The notes below the pieces were generated by a model. It had not been told where the DNA came from, made no database searches, and worked only from the letters and a program-made list of their open reading frames with translations. A DNA stretch of 64,000 bases, from NCBI GenBank assembly GCA_012295275.1, contig CM022671.1, positions 13,020,001-13,084,000 on the forward strand. Reading direction: 5' to 3'. This DNA comes from Chrysomallon squamiferum. Its lineage: Eukaryota > Animalia > Mollusca. Every line of letters starts with the position of its first letter. The first letter of the stretch is position 1. A program made the translations under genes and the position numbers. Shown here piece after piece: positions 1-12,960 of this stretch.

Positions 1-834
1 TGGTTGTGAATATGTACATATATATCTGGAATATTTTTGATTCATTTGTCATACATTAGATAAAAGTATAAGATGTAGATCTCCTGGTCATTTGTATTCT
101 ATGATAGATATGTACACTTAAAAGTAATTATATTTTGCATAGGATTTGTGTTACAAATATATCAGTATTTTTACCTAATAATTAGGAAAATTATTAATAA
201 ATATATTTGTCATAATTTATATACAGTGTATTTTTTAAATCTTAAAATTTAAATTATAGCTGAATTTTGGTTCTATAAACATTTTGAAAAATAATAAAAT
301 GAAATAATAAAATTTCTGTAACATATTTAATTATATAACTATTGTTCTGGCACCACCTTTTTTTCCTTTTAATTTAATTTATTAATTTGTACCCATCATT
401 ATTGATTTATTTGTTTATATATTTATTTATTATCATTACTTCTTCTACTTGCTCATTATTATTATTATCATCATCATCATTTACTTTTTAAAATGTCTTC
501 AGTGTTTTATAAAAATAAGCAATATATTACACATAAAATACAGCCGAATTATTTTAACCTTTTATATTGTACAAATTGTAATCATTTCCATTAGGAGTCA
601 CAGATGTATGAGATTATCTCTATTCTTATGCAAATGTTGGAATAAGTAATATTTTTTTATATTTGAAATAAAATTTTATGTAATAATTTATTTTATTCTT
701 TATTATTTGAACATAATGATTTTAAAGTGGTGAATTGCTTTTCCATGTAGTGATTGTTTAGGTATGCATTTTAAAAGTTCATTGACTTAATCTGGCTTTC
801 AATTTATAATTTATGACAATTTTCAGGTGACATA

Positions 835-1532
835 CAGTATTCCCTCGTTATTCGCGGGGGTTACGTTCTTTACCCCCCCCCCGCGAATAGCGAAAAAACG
901 CGAATATTGGATGCAGTTTTAAAACGTCTATTATGAGATTATATACGGTACTAAATGCTTCCCAAACACTTTCTAAAGACATTCTTACTCATTAATACAG
1001 TAATAATGTAGTAATATTGCATGCAGTTATGTATTTCACTAATGTAGTAATGATAATGTAAACACATTTTAATTTTGTACTGAAACAATAAACGTAAGTA
1101 CATGAGGACAGTAACACCGCATAGCATAGTTACCCATACAGTATTACTGTACCGTAAAGTCATTTTCTATGCGTACAACATATGTATTAGAATTGACAGA
1201 AAGTGGAACAAATTTAAAGGCAAAACAGACAGATAAATACAGTACGCACAGTTCAGGTAATAATAATACAGTTCAGTAATAATATGCAATTAAAAACATT
1301 ATTAATACACGGTCACAAAAAAATATGCACTGTATATACAGTGTATGCATTTATAAAAAAAATACGTACTGTACAGCAATAATAATTAAAAAAATTTGAT
1401 ATTGTTTGTGCGGTTTACCGAGCATTTGTTTGTATGACGTTATGACGCTAGCCTGGTATACCAACATACGATGCGATAGGGTTAAGAGCCTAACCCGCGA
1501 ATAGGGAACCGCGAACAGGTGAAGGTATATTG
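835..1532. mobile_element. pogo/Tigger-like (Tc1/mariner superfamily) MITE
   Basis: TA|CAGTATTCCCTCGTTATTCGCGG at the left end and CCGCGAACAGGTGAAGGTATATTG|TA at the right: imperfect TIRs with TA TSD. Tigger/MER2-style subterminal CCGCGAATA motifs; CpGs retained. Confidence 0.75.
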
Positions 1533-2825
1533 TATTTTTTGTTTCGGGCTTGTTAGTTACATAATACACATATAACACTAATTCCATAATTTTTCTGGAT
1601 AGAGCAAACAAAAATTATCCACGATAAATACATAATAAAACAAATAATTACCCATAAATAAAATGAATGAAAATAAAAATATATTTGCTATTTGATCTGC
1701 ATAAATTGCACTTTCATTTTAAGCATTTGGCAGAAAACGTTGAAGTTAACATATCTTTTTTCAAAGATTTGTTTTTTTTCAACACTAAAATGTCACCCCT
1801 TGTCATCCAAAAATGTTTTCGTTCACCTCTTCGTGTTAATGCTTTTCCTGAGAAATATCCTAGAATAAATTTCTACAAGAATATTTTAAAAATCATTAAT
1901 CAAGTGTTGCATTATAGCGTTAATCAATGAAGAGAACAAATTAAAAGAAAATATTTGGTTAACTCGGTGACAAAATCTTCCTGGTATTAATCAGTGCATT
2001 AATTATAATTACGTTTTATTAAGATAACTACTTTAAGAAGTAAAAAAGGCTATGAGTCAAGCAGACAACATTTGCCATGGAACGTGACTGTGCAGTTGTC
2101 TGCGCGTGACAAAATAGTTTTATGAAGAATACATGCAACCAAAGATGCAATTTGTGAACCCGCGGTGCCATCTGAAAGTTCCTCAGTAAAGTGGTTTCAT
2201 TTCCTCTTACAAATCCGACAGATGGCTTCAAGCTGGCACAACAATACCCGACTTACGAAGCAGATCTGTTGGACTGCAGTTCTTGTCCAAAATCACAATT
2301 CTTCTGAGAGCGAAAACACTGGATATGTTTTATTTTTAAAACCATCTTGATCTGTCTCCAAATCATGAATGAAGACTTCGTTTCAAAAAGCACCAAGAAC
2401 AGTGTTTTTTTCTACAATCACAAGATTATATTAGATGAACAAATACTGGGATTTGGCAAGTCACAATATGTTTGTACTTTAACAGAAAAGCTGCGCCCAA
2501 CGTGATCACTTGGTCACCGACTCACCGTCACAGCATGCCGAAAATTGACGAACAACTGTTGGCATGCAGATTTTCCTCCGTGCATTTAAATGAAATAAAG
2601 TGTTAATGTGCCGCCAGACCATGCGCAATTTTGACGGGGAAAACTTTCTTTCTGATCGTTTTTCTTCACCGCTTACGTTTAAAAAAACAAAGAAAAAATG
2701 CTTACGTCCGTATGGCGAAGGGGATGCATACAGATGCATATATATTAAATAAATAAATAAATAAATAAATAGTCTAACGATATGAACTGTATGAAGTTTC
2801 CGCAGTTACAAATAAAAGAAGACCG

Positions 2826-2911
2826 CACGTGCTTGCTGTGCACGTGAACCAATAGCTATTCGTGCTGTCTTCTCAGGAGTTCGTGTGCATCAGGACGCAC
2901 GTTGTCACGTG
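2826..2911. promoter_or_regulatory. cluster of E-boxes plus CCAAT in a CpG-rich patch (candidate enhancer or promoter)
   Basis: CACGTG at 2826, 2841 and 2906, CACGTT at 2898, CCAAT at 2849. Confidence 0.35.
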
Positions 2912-5502
2912 GTAGCCTCTGAAAATTACAATCCTGAAGTGCAAGCAGAAAATGTCTATTATCAAAGGCTTTAACGAATTGTTATCTCTGCTGGTGCCGG
3001 CAACAACTGATCAAGTAATTGTGCATTTACTGATTAAAATTTCAACTAATGGAAATGAAATAAATCTTATATTCGGTTTATTTAAGCTTTTTGTGTCATC
3101 TCCATGATGAAGAGTCAAATAAGGTTTTGTCAGTTTTGAAAATAATTATTAACACATTTTTTTTTTCTTTTTTTTCCCATAGTTGTTTGATCAAATGTTA
3201 ATACTAATTAGCAATAAATCAATCTGGTGCTGTTTTTTGTTTTATTATTATTTTATTATTATTATTATTATTTTATTTTATTTTATTATTATTTTTTTTT
3301 TTGGTTGCATACAATATTTCTTCTTTTTTTAATTATAACTTAATTATAAATATAACAGTCGACGATCATTACATATATATATGTAATATATAATATATAA
3401 TTTTTTGATTTACTTTCTTTGTCCAACTTTCTTTTAACTCGTTACTCTTTTAATTTTACTCTGTTAAAAGATTATTACGACGCAGAGAAGAATAAACGGT
3501 TTCTATTTTCGCAGTTCTTCTTTATTTCACAGAACATTACCCATGACGATGCAAACTTGCGATGTGGGCTTAAGAAATTAGTAAAAAAAAATAAAAGATA
3601 TATAAATATAACCAAAGAAACATTTTGTTTTCTAAAAAAAAAAAAAAAAAAAACGAATAATACCAATAATAACAATAACAACGAGATAATTACATATTTA
3701 GAAAATACAACGTAGATATGCTCCGAGTTTTGCTTTTCACGTTCTGAAAAGCGGATATCAGAAGCTATAAAAATTGTTTTACCATTTTCAGTTCGAATTG
3801 ATGCTTCCTTTGAAATTAGCATTCTGTTTATGGTCCTTAATCAATGACAAATGCATCCTTTGGGAAAGGGAAAAAGTAACGCTAATTTATTTTTTATTTT
3901 CAAATAAGTGAAATGTGTTTAGTAATTTCATGCAGGGCGCCAGATTACGCAAGAAGTCAATTTAAGGCAATTACAAAAAGGAGATACGTCGCACGAGTTC
4001 ATCATTTAATGATTCTGTACATGATTGCTATTGAAATTTAAAACTGATTTCTAACACCTTGATAATCGTATTTGCGATATTTAATTACAAAAAGAAATTT
4101 CTAAATTTCTCTCTCTGTAAAGTAAGACTTAGGTTAAAGATTATTTATAAATTTTTCAAAGTTGAAGAACAAAATTTATTAAAAAATGTAAGTATAGAAT
4201 TAGAGAGAGTTGTTTCTATAGAATTATAAAGGAAATTTAAATGTTTCTCTGAAAATACTTTCTTTCTTGCATTTATTACTTATTTATTTATTTATTTTGT
4301 TGTTGTTGTAAGATGGCACTCTGTTTACACTTGAAATATCTTTACATATTTGATCAATTATTTATAATGATTTTAGTTTTATAAAGTGGTTTGATATAAA
4401 GCAGATATCTGGTTATGCCCTGATATTCAGATCACGATAAAAATATTCATTCTCTTCGATTAACAAATCAGAGGAAAACGTAAAAAGAAAATCTGTTTAT
4501 TTCGCTATAGGAAAAGAAAAGATATAAAAAAAAAAAAAAAAAATCATCTACATATTCTAATAATTCTTAAACTTCTAGGAAAAAGTTCATTCATTAGACG
4601 ACGTATTTCACACACACACACACACACACACACAAGCACGTACGCACTTTAGCATACAGTATTATATAAGACACAGCAGTGTTGTAATATTATCTCGTCT
4701 TTACTGTGTTAAAGTAATATATTTGTTTATATATTGCTGTTTTAATTAATTAAATATTTCATATATACAAAAAATAATATATATAACATACAAAAATAGT
4801 AATAATAAAAAAATTTAAGAAAAAATAAAATGAAATAAAAAATAAACACTGATGACCAAATACAGTGAGATATGGTGAACACAAACCCAGATTCCCCTTC
4901 GCTTCAGTTAGGAACTATCAAATGAGCATATAAAAATAAAGATTTTGTGAATATTATATAATTCACTACATAGAAAATAAAATTACAATTAGGCACTAAC
5001 GAGGTTCCGTTACACTAAGCAAGGCCAAAGTTTAAAATTCTCCCCCGTGACCCCGCTTGTTGCTTCTTGAACCAGAGCTTGAACTCCAGTTTTAACCCAA
5101 GGCCAGCAGATATAAGAGTCCTGCAGAAGTCGGTGAAAACCGCGGAATCAAAGAGAAAAGCGATGTTAATTTGTCACACTAAATTTGCCAGAGATCAGAG
5201 GCCCTTTTCTAATTAAAATTTCTTGTTGGACTGAAAACAAAAGTCAATACGAACAGACTAGCGGGTGGTTATTTCGGAACGTGTTCATGTAAAATTAAAA
5301 GCAGAAACCATTTCCTTGATTAGCTAGAATAAAATTTCCGAGTTTTTAGTTGCAGCGTCCTAACGGCACGCGTACGGCGCAACACTTTCATCTACGCGAG
5401 CGCGCGACAAAATACCGATAGGAATTGTTTCTATTTCTTGTCGCGCTAAACGAGCGTCTAAAATATATTAACCAATCACAAACAAGATTATTTACCCAGT
5501 AC

Positions 5503-5642
5503 ATGAAAATGGAAGATGAACAACTCATTCATCTTGTTCAGATGTTTCCAGTATTTTATGATTGTTCTTTGTGAACGTACAAAAATAACAACAGAAAAGA
5601 AAATACCTGGAAAAATATTGGAAAAACTCGAGGTTTTACCTA
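5503..5642 (+). pseudogene. MADF (Myb/SANT-like) domain exon relic, likely the DNA-binding gene of a PIF/Harbinger element
   Basis: MKMEDEQLIHLVQMFPVFYDCSL*TYKNNNRKENTWKNIGK matches the MADF pattern LIxLVxxxPxLYD...YKN...KExxWxxI. In-frame TGA, probable frameshift, then GTAAGT donor at 5643. Upstream short inverted repeat GCGCGACAA...TTGTCGCGC (~5400-5446). Confidence 0.7.
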
Positions 5643-7263
5643 GTAAGTAATGTGTGTGTTTTATTAATAACGTGCATGAATAAGCTTCTTGGAAGTTTAT
5701 GACGGTAAACCATTTTTATGTTATTTAATAGGGCCCTTAGCCACACCCTAATAGGGCCTTGTTCAACCTATGGAACGTTTTCTCAGCGATATTTAGATAC
5801 TGTTTTCTGTGTTTCTCTAACTTATTTACTAAGCCACGAATTGCAATTTAGTTTATACCTACTTGTAGAATTCACTTGTAACTATTTGTTTTACTTATAA
5901 TATTTTATATTGTGTCACGGGGCTCACACCTATAAACACCTTGTGTTTTAAGTCTCATCCTAGGGTAACAGGTGCTTTAATGGCCACCTAACAAGGAATA
6001 TAAACGCTAAATTGAATCAAACAATATAAATCAATAAGTCTATCTATCCACTAGAAAAATAAACACATACACAAGTTAAGGTTCGCGTTAATGGTCTGGT
6101 TCCGCGTTCCGCAACGTAATTATTTAGTTATCTTCCCATTCCGCGAATCCTCCTCACTTCCGGGTGGTGCCGCTTGCTTTGCATAAAATTTAATAGTCAC
6201 TGTCACTATAACCACCAATCAGAGCTTCAGTAGTAGTAACTCCTTGTGATTTTCCACCTCGAACTCTTGACCTGAAACCATTTGATTTAGACCAAGTGCA
6301 ACCTTTACGGTTCAGGGAGCAGGAAGTTAAACAGCCACTTGGATGCTGCATGATGATGATACTCATACTGTGTGATTAATTACTGTGTGATTAAGTGGGG
6401 ACGCATTGTTTAAATACTCAAACTGGTTTTCACAAAGAGATTATTTTATTGATGTAGTTCTCTATCTAGGTATCTATTTACTGAATAAAATGTGGAGCTG
6501 CATGATTATGTATGATTAATTACCGTTTGGTTATAGCAGCGCTACGTAAACAATGAAATGTAGACTGTGACCTGATCTTGGACTATCTATATTACTATTA
6601 GTCTAAGTAAATGTAATTAAAGTTGTTATAAACGTTATTGAAATCGGAATGGGATGTTGTACTAGTCATAGGGTATGATTATTCTTATGTACATGTATTA
6701 TATATATGTGTGCTGTGTTTAAAATATATAATATATGTAACAGTATTTGAGGTCAGGATAATGGCTTTTTATTTGACATCACACACAATGTATGTTTAAA
6801 ACCCTGAAACAATCAAATCAATAAATTAAAATAAAAGAAGACTAGAATACACGACATTTCAATAAGAAATACATACATATTCCCTAGACTGTCATAAATA
6901 ATTAAACATCTAATCTATATTGCCACATTTCGCTAATACATGGTTACTGTCAAACAATACACACGTCATAACAGCATATGTTATTCCTTCATGCACTTAT
7001 ACAATCCATACTTTCCAAATACATTCACTACTAATGTTTAACATAATCATATACATCACATCATAAAATTATACACACAATTTTGTGTGACTAAGGTTTA
7101 ACACCTGGCTGGTAACCAACACATTCATTCAACAACAGCAACCTAAATAAATTGGACAGTTATATACATTACTTGCTGAAAATGCCATCCTGCTCACCAA
7201 TTGTTTTTACTTTTTAATAGCAGGTAAAATAACAACACAATGTCATTAGGGTGATATCATTTA

Positions 7264-8875
7264 CTTGTTCATTTGTATTAACATTTTGACCTTGAACCTG
7301 AATTTCTGTATCTTGGTGTTTAAGGCAAGTTAAGACATAATTTTAAATGACCTAATTGTTATAATTTCATTTTGTTGAATATTCCTCATATGCTCATTGG
7401 ATATTAGGAGGCTATGTTGTTACTATGATAAAGTATGATAAAGAGGTTTTGCATGTTTTTTCTGAGACCATCTCCAATGTTTAGGTCACCGACTGTAGAA
7501 CGAAAACAAATTATTTGAACACCAGAAACTATCTTCAAAGATAAATGGATCAGCAATTTATCAATCCAACATGACACTTCATTTCAGGACGTTTAGGTTA
7601 AGGTGGGACTACTTCAGTACTAACAAAAACACATTCTTTTATTTTGGTGAGAATACTTTAATTTAAAAAACAATACTTGTCTGACAGTAGACAAGATTGC
7701 CCCTGTGTCGAGTTGTCTGGCATACCTGAAAAGGTACAATTAAGAATGTTTTACCATTTTAAATTGTGTGCTGATTTTAAGAATGACAAATTGAGTAAAG
7801 TATTATGGTAATGTTTACTTCCTTTAACTGTTATATTTAACTTTCTGATATTACATGGCAGTATGGAGCGGATGTTTTATATAGGAATACAGCGGAACGA
7901 GGTGACCACACACTGGGCAAAGTCAAAGCCCTTTCTTTGTAACTGTTTGAGTTTGTTTATGTACAGAGTATTTTGGATAAATAATTTAATGGTTTTGTAA
8001 TGAAATCTTACATCTGGCTGTGCAATCAATCAGTGATGAGTGGAGAGGTTCTGGTCAATTATTGACATGTCAACAGGCTTATGTCATGGGTATTTAGAGT
8101 ATGTTTTATTCTAGCTGATCAAGGAAATGGTTTCTGCTTTAAATTTTACATGAACACATTCTGAAACAACCACCCTCTAGTCTGTTTGCATTGAGGAATG
8201 ATGTGCCCAAATAATTAGTTGATTTATTAACCAAGGTAAAGCCTGTAGGTACTGACAGTATATACGTAACCGCTTTGATATCATTTCAACTCAGATTTAA
8301 TCACTTAAATCTTATGAAAAGAATTATTGTTTTGCTCACCAGCAAGGACCTTGAAACTGAATTCAAGAGGTTCTGATTGTGGAGAATTGTCTTGATCAGT
8401 TGTTTTCTGATTCAGCAGCAAACAGGCTGCAACGACCATGGTTTGGCATGCTCTGGTGACGTCACCCTCAAGGTGATCTATGAGGTTACTTTAAGCTTCT
8501 AGTGTAGATTGCCATGTATGGATTTCACAGTCCCGTAAGAATCGCATGTCCAAAATGCTTATCTCTGGAACTACTTAACCAAGTTCATTGATGATAAACT
8601 CTACTGTAGGTTTTCAAACATGCTTGATAATCTGCAGTATGTTTCAGGTCGAAAGTAGGTAAAGGTCATGAATAAATGACACAGTAAAAATCATTTGTGA
8701 CCTGGTTTGAAGTCGATTGGAGGTCAAAATAAAGGTCAACATACGATGAATATTCAACAAAATGAAATTATAACAATTAGGTCATTTAAAATTATGTCTT
8801 AACTTCTTAACTTGCCTTAAACACCAAGATACAGAAAATCAGGTTCAAGGTTAAAATGTTAATACAAATAAGCAA
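7264..8875. repeat. ~130-bp near-identical inverted repeat pair (7264-7392 / 8740-8875)
   Basis: Arms are reverse complements apart from a few substitutions and an 8-nt duplication (CTTAACTT) in the right arm. Confidence 0.9.
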
Positions 8876-11800
8876 AGAAAAGTAATTACTGATAGTTAAC
8901 TGCAACCTATTTAATTTTGTCCTGAAACACCTACAGTGAGAGATACACAGGCAACACATTAAAAATGAATACATTTGAGCAGAAACAAACATTTTTAAAG
9001 GTTAGATTATTAAATCATATACAGACAACACATCTTTCATGGTACAAGCCATGTAAAATACTCAGTCAAATCAGTGGTTCACAAACTTCTGATAGTGCCT
9101 CCTGCAACAGTTATTTTCATCTTCATCTGCTATCATCCTGTACCCTATGAAAATTTTGGCATTTGCAGAGATCAATGCAGTAGAGTTGTTTTCTTGCAGA
9201 GCAGTGACTTTGTAAGATATTTTCCAACCACGAAAAAAAGCTTACATATTGGACGTTTGTTTGAGATTGCCAGGAATGTAAATAATATGGACGATGTTCA
9301 AGATATACAGTAGTAGATCCATAACAAGATGGTGGCTAATACAAGGCAGTTCTGAGATTAAAAGTGTTTTCTTTATCCTTTTTTTTTTTTTTTTAATTTT
9401 TTCTTTTACTATGTGAGGTAAGATTTGTATAATAAACATAAAGATAAGATTTTGAATATTCCATTCATGAAATTTTTGTTCAGATAGAACCCCAAACAGT
9501 GAATAAATCAAGTGTTCAAAAGTCAGTAAAATTAGGTTGCAAGCAATACAGTGGACCACAAATGCAGAAGTGTTTGGAGCACCAACTTTGTGTTGGTGTA
9601 TGGCAAAGTAATTGTAATTGCTTTTGTGATCTTTTAAAAACAATAGATGATTTTTGAGAATACCATCTTGACTTGGTTTGAAGTCAGATCGACTCTAAAA
9701 TCGTAATTCTTGTTTTCAGTTCTGAAAGGTAGATAATATATATATTTATTTTTGTTATTAATATACATATTTATTCATACAGAATGGTTAATGGTATCTT
9801 CACACAAGCAGGTGTGCTCACATACTCAATGAATCCATCTGCAGTCAGTCGGAACAATTTAAGAATAAAATCAGAATCACGAAGTGTCATTATAATAATA
9901 ACAATTTATTTTATTTTATTTTTTTACTGATTTATTCATTTATTATTATTATTATTTTTAATGTTTCTTTGTTTATTTATTATTACCCGTTTTCCAGCAT
10001 ACACATATTTGTTCCTCGTGTCTTCATTGTAACATCATTCATTCAAGTTTTCTTTGCTGATTTTAACAAGAAATCATGTTATCATTCCATTTTGGGGTTG
10101 ATTATTATTATTATTATATTTTCATTTTTTTTTTTTTTTTCTTCTTTAAAAAAAACAAAAATAAAAAACTGTTGTTGAATTATTTTATTTTCCATTTTGA
10201 ACAATAAACAGAAGATATTAAATTATTTTTATTTTTTCTGAACTTAAAGAAATGAAAGACTGATATTAAAGTTTTTTCCTTTTGATAGGTTTATACAATA
10301 TATCAAATATATTAAAATAAATATACTTAAATATATGTGTTAAACTTAATAAAAACTGTTGCAAATACAAAAACAATTGTATAGCAAATTGCAAATAATT
10401 AAAAAAAATAAAAAAAAATTATTTTACATTTGTAAAAAGTTAAAGAAAGAAATTGATTAACAAATGTTTTATTATTATTATTATTATTTAATGATATAAT
10501 TTATACTGTAGCTTGAAACTGATTGTTAAAATGAAACAAATTTTAAAATAAAAGAATCTGACAAATTATTTATGAGAAAGTTTTTTCTGCTATAATGATA
10601 ATAAAAGTGTTTAAGTGTGATGGTAAAAAGATATAATTAGATGTGAATGCCTTTCACACCATTATTTTCTATTACCAGGCTCATGTATCACTCAGCCTCA
10701 TTATAGACAGACCCACTGTTAAAACAAGCCAATAACAAACTTCAAAGAGAATGTAAAAGAAACAAAATTGTTAAGATTATCAGTGGAATATAATTTATTT
10801 CACTGTTAAATGATAAAATTTCTGATAGACATAATTTCAGTTTTTGATAGTTATTAATATTTTCTTTTATGTGGTTGTAATTACGATATTTAGTACTGTG
10901 TATATATTATAGTTATATAAGCTTAACTGATTCACTGTTGACCGATATTAGCATAAGGCTTAGCCAGTGGTAATATTTATGATTCAGAGAGAGGTAAGTA
11001 TGTACTGAAAGTTAAATAAGAAACTATAAGAGTTTTAAAATATCTTAGAAAGTTGTTTTAAAACTTGTATTTTGGTGCATCAACTGGAAAAATGGAATAT
11101 GCTCAAACTTGTCAAACACTTGTCTAACATTTTAAATTAAGCAATATATTGATATATTCAGCATATATACCTAACCACATGTGCACAGTGTATCTTACTA
11201 GGCAATTTGTTATTGATGGCTTTTCATATATGAAGGTGAATAAAAAAAATACCTTGCTGCCAATAGAAAATATAGTTATTTCTTCTGACAATAGTTTCTC
11301 TTGTACCTATAGAGATATAAATATTCCCTTTTCATTTTTTCTCATGACAAGAAAAAACTTTTAATCTTCCAAACACACCATATCTATAATGGTTGGAATG
11401 AGAGAAAAAAATTAACATTGTCCAAATGATCTTCTTGGGACAGAAAAATATTAATTTAATTAATTCTGACTTTCAGTTTTTAGTTCAATAAAAGCAGAAA
11501 AATATGCAGAAACAAAGTTCCAGAAACAATGGACTGTCAATCAGTATTTATCCTACTGTTAAATAATGAATTGAAATATCAGAAAGAATAAAAGTTCAAA
11601 TGTGCCACACTATTCAGTGTAATCCAAGCATAATGATGACACCATAATTTGATTGAGTTCCCTAATTGGGCCTCTTCATTGGTGGTCCATGAATGCATTT
11701 CAAACATAACTCGTAATTGTGAAGAAAGGGAGCTAATCACATAGTGAATCATATGACATGAAGAGTTTGTCATTTTGAAAAATTCTCTTTGATTATCTAA

Positions 11801-12585
11801 TTTTCAAGATTTGACTTAGAAATTACCACATGCCTTAGAACAGTTCATTATATTGTGATTCATTCATGGCTTAGAGAAACTGACAAATCTAAGAATTTTG
11901 AACACATTATGTGAGCACATTTACTCATAATACTTCCTTGTCACTACAATTATTCTCACCTTTTTTATTCTTCATGGTGGGTTGTTTCTCACCAGAAGCT
12001 ATCAACGAAACTAAACTTAACTTCATCTGACATCATTTGTTTCTAACTAATTCCCATTTCAGTCAGAACCCATATGGTACTTTAATTGTGTTAGTAATAT
12101 GTGAATTCATGTCACAGGTATATAAAATATGACCTAGCAGAATTTTTTTTTTTTAAATTCTTTGGTTTGGTGTCAGTATATTTCTTATCCTTTATTTTTA
12201 TTAAACACCACACAACCTAAAATACTATTTTGACATTCAAACATTTAAAAAGTAATGAAATGTCACTTAGAAGGTTAAATTAATAATACAGTATTATTTC
12301 AGTTAATATTTTTCTTGAAATCAAACAATGTTATGGGCCTGAAGGTGGCTCATCATTTTAGAAAATTTAAAATTTGTGCAACCAACATTAATTTGAACTT
12401 GAAGATGTGAATTTGCTGTATATTTCCCACTAACCAGCACTTTTGATTTATTTCTCAGAATTAGACCTGTATGTTTTTTAATTTTTATTTTCATTTCCAA
12501 TTCAAACCTGACATAATTGCATAAAAGGCCACCATTTTAGCAATCATTAATCAAAATGAATTATTTTAATTACAGATTAATACTT

Positions 12586-12595
12586 ACATACATAC

Positions 12596-12647
<52 letters not shown>

Positions 12648-12775
12648 ATGTATATATATATATATATGTATGTATACATACATACAAACATATAGATACA
12701 TACATACATACATATATACATACATACAAACATATATATACATACATAGATGTATGTATGAATGTATGTATGTAT
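12586..12775. repeat. compound microsatellite (CATA)n/(TA)n/(TG)n/(TATG)n
   Basis: Seen directly; it is the source of the spurious ORFs at 12556-12864. Confidence 0.95.
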
Positions 12776-12921
12776 GTTATACCAGTAATGGCCAAGATAT
12801 CGGGAAACAAATTGGAATTGAGGTCTTTATAAACTGACTGTATTTTCTTATCTGTACCTAACATGATAAATGCCTTAATAATGATTATGCTTTTTTTTCA
12901 TCACTGTCATTTTTTTCTCAG

Positions 12922-12927
12922 GTAGGC
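12922..12927 (+). CDS. candidate 6-nt microexon (GTAGGC, Val-Gly) of the PDZRN3/4-like gene
   Basis: Long pyrimidine tract (tgctttttttttcatcactgtcatttttttctCAG), then GTAGGC, then GTAAGT. Frame-preserving and compatible with the next phase-0 exon. Confidence 0.5.
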
Positions 12928-12960
12928 GTAAGTATATTAATAAATTCATTGTAAGTAAAG

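Noticed and set aside
5914-6300. Solo LTR beginning TGTCACGG
   Set aside because: No matching downstream CGTGACA end, TSD, PBS or PPT seen.
9720-9728. 9-nt microexon TTCTGAAAG
   Set aside because: Contains an in-frame TGA in phase 0 and has a weak donor (GTAGAT).
12556-12864. Three overlapping ORFs (CVCVYVCM / HTYIHT)
   Set aside because: Translations of a microsatellite.
1-12900. RING/TRAF-zinc first exon of PDZRN3/4
   Set aside because: No C3HC4 RING-coding frame found; presumably upstream of the window.
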